Of a stretch of DNA of 59,529 nt, positions 38,375 through 47,518 are shown one piece after another. The notes under the pieces are model-generated. The model saw nothing but the letters and a program-made list of their open reading frames with translations, was not told the origin of the DNA and searched no databases. A program made the position numbers and the translations under genes. The DNA is taken from positions 1-59,529 of the forward strand of contig JAUCBJ010008835.1 of the NCBI GenBank assembly GCA_032718475.1, in the 5' to 3' direction. Position 1 is the stretch's first letter. Each line of letters starts with the position of its first letter. This stretch comes from Nemertoderma westbladi. Its lineage: Eukaryota > Animalia > Xenacoelomorpha.

Positions 38375-41300
38375 TTACGGATCTAACTCTTCCATCCCAG
38401 TCCAACCTGTTGGACAACTCAGCGACCCAAGGGGTGATTCCTCCAGCAGGCAACTCTCCCACTGCCCCCCTATAGGTTCTCTAATTCTTCGCTCCGCTCT
38501 CCTTGTCAATTCGATAGGTGGTCTTTTCTCCTGTTTTTGGAAATGCTGTCTCCTATTTATGTTTCTGATCTCGTGGTCGTCCCTTGGCGGCAAAGTGCCA
38601 CCCTTCAACGTGTCACCCGGCGGTATAATGCCGCCCCTGTTCTTCTCCTTAATTTTAGATGCCACCTCTGTTGGCCTCCCCCTTAATATGTGTGCTGGCA
38701 TTAAAGGCTTCAACGACCCCCGTTCGTCCTTCGGTATGCACGATGTCTGCCCATGTAATGCCCCCTCGCACTCTGTCAGTTCCGCGTGCGTACGCAGCAC
38801 GCCTCCTACTCTCCCGCCTCCTTTGTCCACCATATGTTTATTCATGGGCTTCTCTGCCCCTGGTCTGATCGTCTCACATCTTCTCCCTTTCCATCTTGTA
38901 TTCTTACTCGGCTTCCCCCTTGTCGGTATGCCTCTCAACCGGACCGGCGTCTCTTCCGGGCGCTCCTCTGGACACTCCACCGGACACTTCTCCGGTTTGT
39001 CCTCCCGACACTCCACCGTCCGCTCCTCCCCATCTCCATACCGATACTTGCTGGGACCCTTATTCCAACCCATCGTCTCTAGATCTTCTGCATCCATACC
39101 ATTCTCCTCCGCCCACTCTCTTGGTGTTGCTTCTACTTCTAGCTGTCTACCACTATTGCCCATCTCTGGCCTCTCCTCTATCTCGTCAGTTCCTGGCACC
39201 ATGCATCCTGAACTCTCGGACACATGGAATGGTATATTACTCTTAATTGGGCCTGTCAGTGTCCACCCGAATGGTGTTAATATGGCCACCGGGTCACTCT
39301 GCTTGTCTTCGCCGAAGACCGTTTGCATTCTCTCGTGGGCCGTTGGGCAGTCCATGCCTACTATGATGGATACCTTCCTAACGTCCACGTCTGGGATTGA
39401 GAAGTCAATGTTGTCCAGGAATTTGTATTGCTCGACCTCGATGTTGGTTGGCCGCCTGGCATTGATGTTAATTGACTCTATTACTTGGATGGGGTCGATG
39501 GTTGCCCCATAATCGCATCCTGGTGCCACTGCTGCAATTGCGCACCGTCCTGTCCTCATCTCTAGGATCTCGTCTTTGCTAGAGATGGTTGTCACCGCCA
39601 TCCTGCTTGGCCTCGTTCTCAACCCTATTTCTTCGGCTACCCATTCCTCAACTAATGTGAAGGCAGCTCCACTATCAACCAGCATTAGTGTTGTTACTGA
39701 TCGATTGCCTTCCCCGATCACTCGTACTGGTACTACTCCAAGTAGCACTGTTCCTCTCTTCTTCGCCCCTACTGTGCTCGTTGCCATCGTCTGGCCTCTC
39801 CTTTGGCCAAACTTGACCGGCTTCTCTTGGCATTCCCTGGCCTTGTGTCCACTCTTCACACATCGCGAGCAGATTTTATTGCTCGACGCGTAATCTATCT
39901 GGTCTTGCCTCGGTAGCGCCTGCCAGTACCTGCAGTTCATGGTTTTATGAAGCGCATTTGCGTGTAACTGGCATTTGCTCTTTGGGTCATAGCCCTCTTT
40001 ATACAATGCATTGCGTATCGCAGTTATATTCGTACCAAAGTCCCTACTATTCTTATTGACTGGGTTTGACCTACTGGACGTACTGGGGTTATGTTTATTC
40101 ATGTTGTTATTGTTCCCCTGTCCGTCCCTTGATGTTGTCTTATCTTCGTTTGTCTGTGGACTTGCAGTCCCCTGCGTCGCTGCATATGGCAATGATTGCC
40201 TGAGTCTCGGTAACGCGTTCGATGTATTGTGCTCTGGTTTGGGCCTGTAGTGATCTGTCTTTGGTCCCTTTCCCAGGCTATCTTCACTATAAACTGGGTC
40301 CGTTATTAGTTCAGCCTCGTAATTTAAGAAGTTTGACATTTCTTCTAAACCTGGTTCCGCACCCTTCTTGTCTCGGGTGGAGAAAGCGACCTTCCTCCAT
40401 TTGTTGCGCAGCCAGCTCGGTAGTGCCTGCGCTATCGTGGTGATGTTATTGGACGCGTTGAGTTCGTATGGCGCGTCTAACGTCTTCAGCACGATCAGCG
40501 CCTTCTCGACTTTGTTAGCAAACGTCTTAATGCTAACGGGATTATCCTGTAGGCCACCCGATGTTATGCCTCTCAGCGTTTGCCTGATGATCTTGGCCGG
40601 GTGCCCGTATTCCCTATCCAGTGCCCGCCATGCTGTCGTGAAGCCGCCCTCTATCCCTTGGTATTGCCTCACGATATCGTATGCTGGGCCTCCCGTGTAC
40701 ACTTGTAGATACTTTAGGCACTCCGCCTGCGTCAAGTTTTTTGTTAGTATTTCGTTACTATACATTCGCCGAAACTGTAAGTATTCTTCCGGCCTGCTCC
40801 CATCGAATTTGAACGGTTCCACGGGTGGTAATTCGATCCTCGTTTTCAAGGCATCGATCAACGTGGCCATCCCCATTGCCTGCGCTTCTAATGGATTCGA
40901 CGGGTGCTGTATAGTTTCCCCTGTCTGGTGCGGTTCGTCCGTTCTATTTCTTGATCTTCTCTGACTCGGATATGTCATCGGGGGTAGCGGCCCCCTCCAT
41001 ATGTCTGTATCACACGACCTGTTTTCATCTAGGGGTCTCGTTGTTCTTGTTCCTGTCGGGGTATATTGTTGATATTGTGATGGGGGAATGTCACCCTGTC
41101 CCCCCCCCACCGGTATGTCTGGTACTGGGGTTGATGTTAATATGTTGGGGCCCATACACCTATCCGCAATAATTCCCCCCTCCCCTGGGTATATGTTATG
41201 TCCCTGCATGCTGTAGTCATACTGCTGTGCTGGTACCGGTATAGGCCTATCAGCTTCTGGCCTACTCGCCGGTATGTATTCCGCGACTTCCGGGTTTAAT

Positions 41301-42097
41301 CCCGTTGTCCGCGCTATCCTATCGCCTACATTGCCTCTCTCAGTATGGCCTACGGTATGTGCAGTAAGACCTACAGTATGCCCTACAGTCTGCATGTGTT
41401 GCTCGGGATCGAAGTTTATTCTTCTCGAATAATCCTCCCCGCGGCTACCGTATTCTCGATCGGTAGGTATATTCCGTCGGAAAGTTTCTCTTCGACCCCC
41501 CTCTCCACTGTTTTCATCTTCGTACCGGTACATCGCGTACCCCTCTCTCGGCGTGTAATGCGTCTCATCGGATCGCATCCCTCCGGGGCGACGGCAATCT
41601 CCCGGAGTCCGACCCCACTGACTCTCCGTTCTCATCTCGACTACCGACGGCTCGCTGTCCGTCCTCGCTCTTCTATCTTTTGCGGCGATACTTCTACTAC
41701 TCTCTTCCTCTCTTCTCCTATCAGTGGAATGTTCCCGCTCACGAGATCTCTCGTCGACCTCCCGGTTAAACCCCACTGTTCTTCTTTCCTCCTCTGATCG
41801 GGCTCGACGCTCCGTCTGCCCTCCCGCGACGTCAACCTGTCTTTCTCTGCTCGATCGCACGTCGCTGGGGATACTCGCAATCCCCCTATTACTTTCCGTC
41901 GCCGGTTGTTGCGGTTTACCTTGTTCGGCCCTCGCATTGTCCGCTGACGGCTGTGGGACACTCTCTGCCCCCCCCCCTCTCGCCGCTAACTTTCTGTTGT
42001 GGGGTGCTCGTAGCCCCCCCCCACTCGCTACATCTAACTTCGCTACCTCTCGCCCCGCTACTATATATCTCTCTAGTCGACACATCAACCCTACCAC
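38375..42097 (-). CDS. gag: Nested element ORF 1c: BEL/Pao Gag + aspartic protease + degenerate pol tail
   Basis: IELPPVEPFKFDG...LKYLQVYTGGPA (DUF1759-like), LPSWLRNKW, CSRCVKSGHKAREC, LVDSGAAFTLV, IIVGMDCP, AILTPFGWTLTGP; integrase-tail relics LMPAHILRGR and CLLEE. Confidence 0.9.
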   Translation of the reverse strand: MVGLMCRLERYIVAGREVAKLDVASGGGLRAPHNRKLAARGGGAESVPQPSADNARAEQGKPQQPATESNRGIASIPSDVRSSRERQVDVAGGQTERRARSEEERRTVGFNREVDERSREREHSTDRRREEESSRSIAAKDRRARTDSEPSVVEMRTESQWGRTPGDCRRPGGMRSDETHYTPREGYAMYRYEDENSGEGGRRETFRRNIPTDREYGSRGEDYSRRINFDPEQHMQTVGHTVGLTAHTVGHTERGNVGDRIARTTGLNPEVAEYIPASRPEADRPIPVPAQQYDYSMQGHNIYPGEGGIIADRCMGPNILTSTPVPDIPVGGGQGDIPPSQYQQYTPTGTRTTRPLDENRSCDTDIWRGPLPPMTYPSQRRSRNRTDEPHQTGETIQHPSNPLEAQAMGMATLIDALKTRIELPPVEPFKFDGSRPEEYLQFRRMYSNEILTKNLTQAECLKYLQVYTGGPAYDIVRQYQGIEGGFTTAWRALDREYGHPAKIIRQTLRGITSGGLQDNPVSIKTFANKVEKALIVLKTLDAPYELNASNNITTIAQALPSWLRNKWRKVAFSTRDKKGAEPGLEEMSNFLNYEAELITDPVYSEDSLGKGPKTDHYRPKPEHNTSNALPRLRQSLPYAATQGTASPQTNEDKTTSRDGQGNNNNMNKHNPSTSSRSNPVNKNSRDFGTNITAIRNALYKEGYDPKSKCQLHANALHKTMNCRYWQALPRQDQIDYASSNKICSRCVKSGHKARECQEKPVKFGQRRGQTMATSTVGAKKRGTVLLGVVPVRVIGEGNRSVTTLMLVDSGAAFTLVEEWVAEEIGLRTRPSRMAVTTISSKDEILEMRTGRCAIAAVAPGCDYGATIDPIQVIESININARRPTNIEVEQYKFLDNIDFSIPDVDVRKVSIIVGMDCPTAHERMQTVFGEDKQSDPVAILTPFGWTLTGPIKSNIPFHVSESSGCMVPGTDEIEERPEMGNSGRQLEVEATPREWAEENGMDAEDLETMGWNKGPSKYRYGDGEERTVECREDKPEKCPVECPEERPEETPVRLRGIPTRGKPSKNTRWKGRRCETIRPGAEKPMNKHMVDKGGGRVGGVLRTHAELTECEGALHGQTSCIPKDERGSLKPLMPAHILRGRPTEVASKIKEKNRGGIIPPGDTLKGGTLPPRDDHEIRNINRRQHFQKQEKRPPIELTRRAERRIREPIGGQWESCLLEESPLGSLSCPTGWTGMEELDP

Positions 42098-42830
42098 AGT
42101 CGGGTCTATTCACCCCCGCCTCTCCCTCTGCTATTGCGCGGCCTACTGGACCCTCTACTCCCTGCCTACCAACTACGTGGCCTACCAGGCCCTCTGCTCC
42201 CTGTCTACTAACTACGTGGCCTACCAGGCCCTCTGCTGCCTGTCTACTAACTACGTGGCCTACCAGGCCCTCTGCTCCTTGTCTACTAACTACGTGGCCT
42301 ACCAGGCCCTCTGCTCCTTGTCTACTAACTACGTGGCCTACCAGGCCCTCTGCTCCTTGTCTACTAACTACGTGGCCTACCAGGCCCTCTGCTCCCTGGT
42401 TACGTAGGCCCGACGTGTTTACATTAATAACACCCATATTGGAAACGGAATTAATTTGCTCATTTGAAACAAAATCATTTGTATTATTCTGCGCGACTAC
42501 GTTATCTGAATTATTTTGTAAATTCGGGCTAAGATCATTATTTGAATTATTCGAATTATTCTGTGTAATTGCGTTATTTAAGTTATTTTGTAGGTCCGAA
42601 TTCGAGTTATTATTTTGATTATTTGAATTATTTTGCGTAACTACATCAATATTAGGATTATTTTCTACATTAATACTAGGGACGTTCTGATTTAAATTTA
42701 AGTTACTACCACTAGGTAAAGTATTCCCTGCAATAAAGGTTTGATTAGAGTTATCCCATACGGTACTATTAATATCAACAACGTCTACTGTACCATCATT
42801 ATTATTACCCCCCCCCGCCCGTACGGTCAC
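41916..42830 (-). CDS. Nested element ORF 1b: Asn-rich linker with 13-aa repeats (39-bp unit, ~42140-42400)
   Basis: Overlaps ORF 1a and 1c, each by a +1 offset at G homopolymers. Confidence 0.55.
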   Translation of the reverse strand: MTVRAGGGNNNDGTVDVVDINSTVWDNSNQTFIAGNTLPSGSNLNLNQNVPSINVENNPNIDVVTQNNSNNQNNNSNSDLQNNLNNAITQNNSNNSNNDLSPNLQNNSDNVVAQNNTNDFVSNEQINSVSNMGVINVNTSGLRNQGAEGLVGHVVSRQGAEGLVGHVVSRQGAEGLVGHVVSRQGAEGLVGHVVSRQAAEGLVGHVVSRQGAEGLVGHVVGRQGVEGPVGRAIAEGEAGVNRPDCGRVDVSTREIYSSGARGSEVRCSEWGGATSTPQQKVSGERGGGRECPTAVSGQCEGRTR

Positions 42831-44367
42831 ACCAGTTTTGGGTCTGTCGTGCGGTCCCTGTCAGTGGGGTATTAATAAACGTGTCTACGGCCCCTGGCTC
42901 CTCAAAAATACTCGAGCCGGCCCCGCTTTCAGACGGCAACGCTCGGACCAGTTCCAGCTCGTGCGCCCGTCTAATCTTATTTTTCGCCGATTCACCTTGG
43001 TGTTTCTCTAAATCCCTTAGCTCTTGCTCAGCCTTTGCCCCTCTCTTCTCACTCTCCTGACTGTCCCGTCTGGCCGACTCTACCACACTCCTAGCGATCT
43101 CCCTTCGCCTCGCCTCACGCTCCTTACGTTCCTTTTCCTTTCTCGCCTCATATTCCTTGCGTTCCGCCTCACGCTCTTTGCGTTCCTTTTCCTTTCTCGC
43201 CTCATATTCCTTGCGTTCCGCCTCACGCTCTTTGCGTTCCTTTTCCTCCCTAGCCTCACGCTCTCTACACTCCTTTTCCTCTATTTCGTCACTCTCCCTA
43301 AGGCTCCTCAAAGCCCTTTCGAGCTTCTCTCCGTTCTCTTTAATCAATGCCGCTTCCCTCGCTAACCGCGCTCTCCCCTCCTCTAACCGTTCCTCCATTT
43401 CCTTCTGACCTTGCTCTGCCACGTCGAGACGGTATGCGGCACCTACCTCTCTCACCACTCTTTCTTTCGCGGAGGATGTAACAGACTTATCGGTTACGAC
43501 GGACTTCCCCCGCCTTCCCGACCTACTAACTTTCCCCCGCCTCCCGGAGCTTTCTCCGACCGACGAGGCCGAATCCTCGGGGTTAACCTCGGATTCGCCC
43601 CCTTCGAGTCCCCTCCAACCCACTGGTTTTACTCCCCGGGCATCGACCAAGTATGGCCCTATGTACACTGGCGCTACACTAGGTTCCATACTCCCACACT
43701 CCCATAGTTCAAACAGTTCGCCGGCTATCCTTTCTGCTCTCTCCCCGGCCAGTTCTCTCTGCCCAAAACGTATTAGGTAATTTAAGTGTTTATCCGACTC
43801 ACCTAGTCGCTTTCTCAGTCTCACCTCGTCTACCTTCGCCCCTTCCTTCTTGGCGTCGTTTATCAGCTTCCGGGTCGCGTTGTAGGCCCGTCGAAGTCGC
43901 TCAGAAACCCTGACGTCCTCGTCGCCGACCTCTCCTCCGTCCCTCCGGGTCCGACGTCGTACCGGCGGCTCCACCGTCGCCGTTCCGGTGGGCCGTCCGT
44001 CGCCCTCGGCCTGTAGCTGGCCGGCGACATCGGTACCGATCTCTCCTCCGTCTCTTCGTGTCCGGCGTCGCACCGTCGGCCCCACCGTCGCCGTTTCGGT
44101 GGGCCGCCCGTCGCCCTCGGCCTGTAGCTGGCCGGCGACATCGGCGCGCCGTTCTCCCTCTCGTGTCGACTCATCTCCTTCTCCCTCCGTCTCGCTCTCT
44201 CTCTCTCTTGGCTCGACTTCGGGTTCCAGGCCCCCCTCATCCTGTACTTCCGGTTCGCCCGTTATCGATGGCTCCGGCGTCGTGGGCCTGTATCGTTTGG
44301 TCGCGGCCTCGCGGATCGTTAGGTCTTCGTCCGGGGTCCGCGGTGGCGTCTCGCCCGACTCACTCAT
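42805..44367 (-). CDS. Nested element ORF 1a: charged coiled-coil N-terminal Gag extension (520 aa)
   Basis: Long ORF starting ~115 nt after the 5' LTR; E/R/K repeats; ends in a G9 run overlapping the next ORF. Confidence 0.7.
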   Translation of the reverse strand: MSESGETPPRTPDEDLTIREAATKRYRPTTPEPSITGEPEVQDEGGLEPEVEPRERESETEGEGDESTREGERRADVAGQLQAEGDGRPTETATVGPTVRRRTRRDGGEIGTDVAGQLQAEGDGRPTGTATVEPPVRRRTRRDGGEVGDEDVRVSERLRRAYNATRKLINDAKKEGAKVDEVRLRKRLGESDKHLNYLIRFGQRELAGERAERIAGELFELWECGSMEPSVAPVYIGPYLVDARGVKPVGWRGLEGGESEVNPEDSASSVGESSGRRGKVSRSGRRGKSVVTDKSVTSSAKERVVREVGAAYRLDVAEQGQKEMEERLEEGRARLAREAALIKENGEKLERALRSLRESDEIEEKECREREAREEKERKEREAERKEYEARKEKERKEREAERKEYEARKEKERKEREARRREIARSVVESARRDSQESEKRGAKAEQELRDLEKHQGESAKNKIRRAHELELVRALPSESGAGSSIFEEPGAVDTFINTPLTGTARQTQNWCDRTGGGG

Positions 44368-44483
44368 CTCGTCTGGTGGCTGATGGTTCGGCTAGCTAGG
44401 GTGGAGTTCTTTGTGTTTAACTGGGGCGGCAGCTCGTCTTTAGTTACTGAGTTTAGCTGGAGAAGCAACACCGATTTAGTTAC

Positions 44484-45022
44484 TGTGACGGGATCCAAGA
44501 GGGATCCCGATTTATCCGGTTGTGGTAATTTAGTCCACGCGTCCCCGCCGTGTATAAGAGTGAAATAAAGATAACTGAGTTCTGAAGTTCGGTGTATAAT
44601 AAGAGGCTATAAGATATAGATATATTGTGAATGTGTACAAGGCGGGATACGGTAACTAAAGTCCCGTGATCCCCTAACTAAACTAATTGGCTGTACCCTA
44701 CGCTAGCACTGCTGCACTGAGATAACTGAATCACTGATTAATAGGTTATTGGTTATATTGCACGGTGGCCTTACTGCTACTCAATCGATGCCATTCCCCC
44801 CTCTGATTGGTTAATACCCTTGTTGGCGCCCCGTGGAGTATTCCCGTTCACTCCACCTGTTCTCTCTGGGTTAGGGGTTTGGCCCCTGACCCTCTATTGT
44901 GTGCTTCCTTCCCACTCTTATTGGGATGGCACGAGTTGGTTGATTGCCCAATCTCGTGGCTCCCAATATTGCTTATCGGCTAATAACTTTATGGGGTGTT
45001 GGCGGGATTGAATAAGCTAACA
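44484..45022 (-). repeat. Nested element 5' LTR
   Basis: Direct repeat of 33705-34241. Confidence 0.95.
44724..44757 (-). promoter_or_regulatory. Candidate TATA + initiator in the nested 5' LTR
   Basis: Minus-strand TATAA starting at 44757, with the A of TCAGTT 30 nt downstream at 44727. Confidence 0.45.
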
Positions 45023-47518
45023 ATGCGGGTTGGTAGCTGTCAACGATAACATGTTTACAGCTAACTGGTTAATGCGTTCTGTAAGACCATTGCAAGCTGG
45101 GTGGTATACCGACGTAAATACGGAAACAATACCAAACATTGCAGTTAATTCCTTGAATAAATTAGACGTGAAATTACTACCCCTATCGCTTAATAAACTC
45201 TCGGGGGCGCCGTATATAAGAAAAATACCATCCACTAAAGCCCTGGCAACGGTAGCGGCTTCTTCATTTGGTAACGGGAGGAGGGAAGCGTAACGAGTAA
45301 GATGATCAACTACTGTAAGGATAACCTTGTTACCTTTAGATGACGTCTGGAAGCCTTTAACGATATCAATTGAAAGGCGTTGCAAGACACGTTCAACGAC
45401 TGGGAGAGGTGACAGTGGTTGGGTCTGAGGGACGCCCTTCCTACGCTGGCATGGGTCACATTCACGAATGTGCTGCTTAACATTATCCTTTATACCTACC
45501 CAATAATACTTCATATGGATAGCACCTACCGTTTTATCAATACCCATGTGAGACTTTTCATCGTGACACATGGATATAATTTGTTGCCTTAGTAACTTAG
45601 GAACTACAATCTGTACCTTCGATTTACCGTTACTTGTTGATAAATGGCAGAGTATATTGTCAACCATAACATATTGTGCTCTAAACTTGAGCATGTAACG
45701 ATACTCGTGTAGCGATTTGCGCACATCGGCATCGGCTATTGTAACAGCTGTGTCCAGTAATGTATCAATCATAGGCTGTAAGTTATTGTCTTCTGATTGT
45801 AACTTACGCAAGGCAGTCAATGTGCAGTACTGTTGGCCGCCCGGAAGTGTCCAATTATTATTATTGTCATTATTGATAATGTATGTGACGTCACTATCGT
45901 GGTTGGGTCTGTCTGGGGAACTTAGAATGTCACATGGATTAGGTTTTGGCGGCTGCACGCCATTGTCTAGGTCCACCTCAACAGCGTTTGGTCTATCGCT
46001 ATCATTATGTAGGTCTAAATTGGCTAGTCCTATCAAGCAATAATTATCTGACGAGACTGGGTCATTATGCATAGGGGGAAGTAACGTATCCATGGCAACC
46101 GGTTCATTAGAAACGGTTTCGTCTCGTTGGTTGCCAGGGGTTACCTGTAATGGTATTCTAGAAAGACAATCAGCGCGGTTAAGCCGGCCTGGCCTGTAAA
46201 CAAAATTGAAATTAAATTCAGACAGTTTAACGGCCCATCGCTGCAAACGCCCTGGAAGTTCGAGTTTGGTCTGTAAACAACTGAGTGGTTTATGATCCGA
46301 AACTAACGTAAATGCGCGGCCAATGAGGTAAAACCTGTGTTTCTGCATTGCCCAGACCACGGCTAAAGCCTCTAGCTCCGTAATGGACCACTTTCTCTCA
46401 GCGTTGCTTAGCGACCTCGATGAGTAAGCGATTACGCCCGCATCCTGATATAAAACAGCTCCTAAAGCTATACCGCTAGCGTCAGTCTCTAAGTAAAACG
46501 GCTGGTCGAAATCAGGGTGTTCTAGAATAGGGTTATTAATTAGGCGTTTCTTAAGGAATGTAAAAGCCTGCTCACAATCGCTTGTCCATACGAACTCTTG
46601 GTTTTTCCTTAGCAACACGTTCAAGGGAGCTACAATCTTACCATAATCCTTAATAAATTTCCTATAGTAACCACATAATCCTAGGAAGCTATAAAGTTGC
46701 TTTGCATTGGCCGGTCGCGGAAAATCAACCATGGCTTGGACCTTATCCTTGTCCATATGCTGCCCTGAGCTATCTATCACATGGCCTAGGAATTTTACAG
46801 ATGTCGCCCCGAACATGCACTTACTTGGTTTGAGCTTCAAGCCGAGATCGATAATTCTACGTAATAGAATGATAATAGTACTTACGTGGGTGTCCCATTC
46901 CCGGGTATACAGTATGACGTCATCGAGGTAAACGAGAACGTACTCGATACCATGCAACGCTAATTGCATAAGATTCTGGCAGCCAGAAGGGCTGGACTGG
47001 AGGCCAAAGGGCACTCTAACAAATTCGTAATGGCCACTATGTGTTACGAAAGCGGTTTTATGTGTATCTTCAGCGGCTAAGGGTACCTGCCAAAACATCG
47101 ATTTAAAATCGAGTGTCGTAAAATATTTGGGCCGTGCTGTGCCAATTTCCGACAACATTTCGTCTATGCGCGGCAAAGGCCAAAATTGTGGCACAGCCGC
47201 AGCGTTAAGGCGGCGAAGATCAACGCAAAACCGCCACTTACCATCTTTTTTTTTACTTAATATTATTGGTGCCCCCCACTCACTGTTGCTAGGTTGAATA
47301 ACACCTGCGGCTAACATATTGCCTACCTGTTTGTCAATCTCTTTCCTAAGCCCCATAGGTACTGTACGTGGTCTCGTGTAAAAGGGCTTAGCCTCTGGTT
47401 TAAGTGGGATTCTATGTTCTAATAGGTCAGTCTTACCTATATCGCAATCTCCAAAGGAAAACGCCGCAGCATGTTGAGTAGCAATATCTATTAACTGGGT
47501 CCTCTGCTGAGGCTCCAA
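45023..47518 (-). pseudogene. pol: Gypsy Pol: RT, RNase H, integrase N-part (frameshifted from PR, interrupted by the nested element)
   Basis: KWRFCVDLRRLN, YLDDVILY, LETDASGIALGAVL, HHCC zinc finger, LSIDIV...LLSDRGSNF...NGLTER. Confidence 0.95.

Larger units (their letters stand above)
33705..45022 (-). mobile_element. Complete non-autonomous BEL/Pao-derived LTR element (Gag-PR only, extra 3' ORF), 11.3 kb
   Basis: TG...CA LTRs 33705-34241 and 44484-45022 (about 4 differences by eye); 5-bp TSD ATGCG; PPT GGGGGGGAG; BEL-type Gag and protease; no RT motif seen. Confidence 0.92.
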
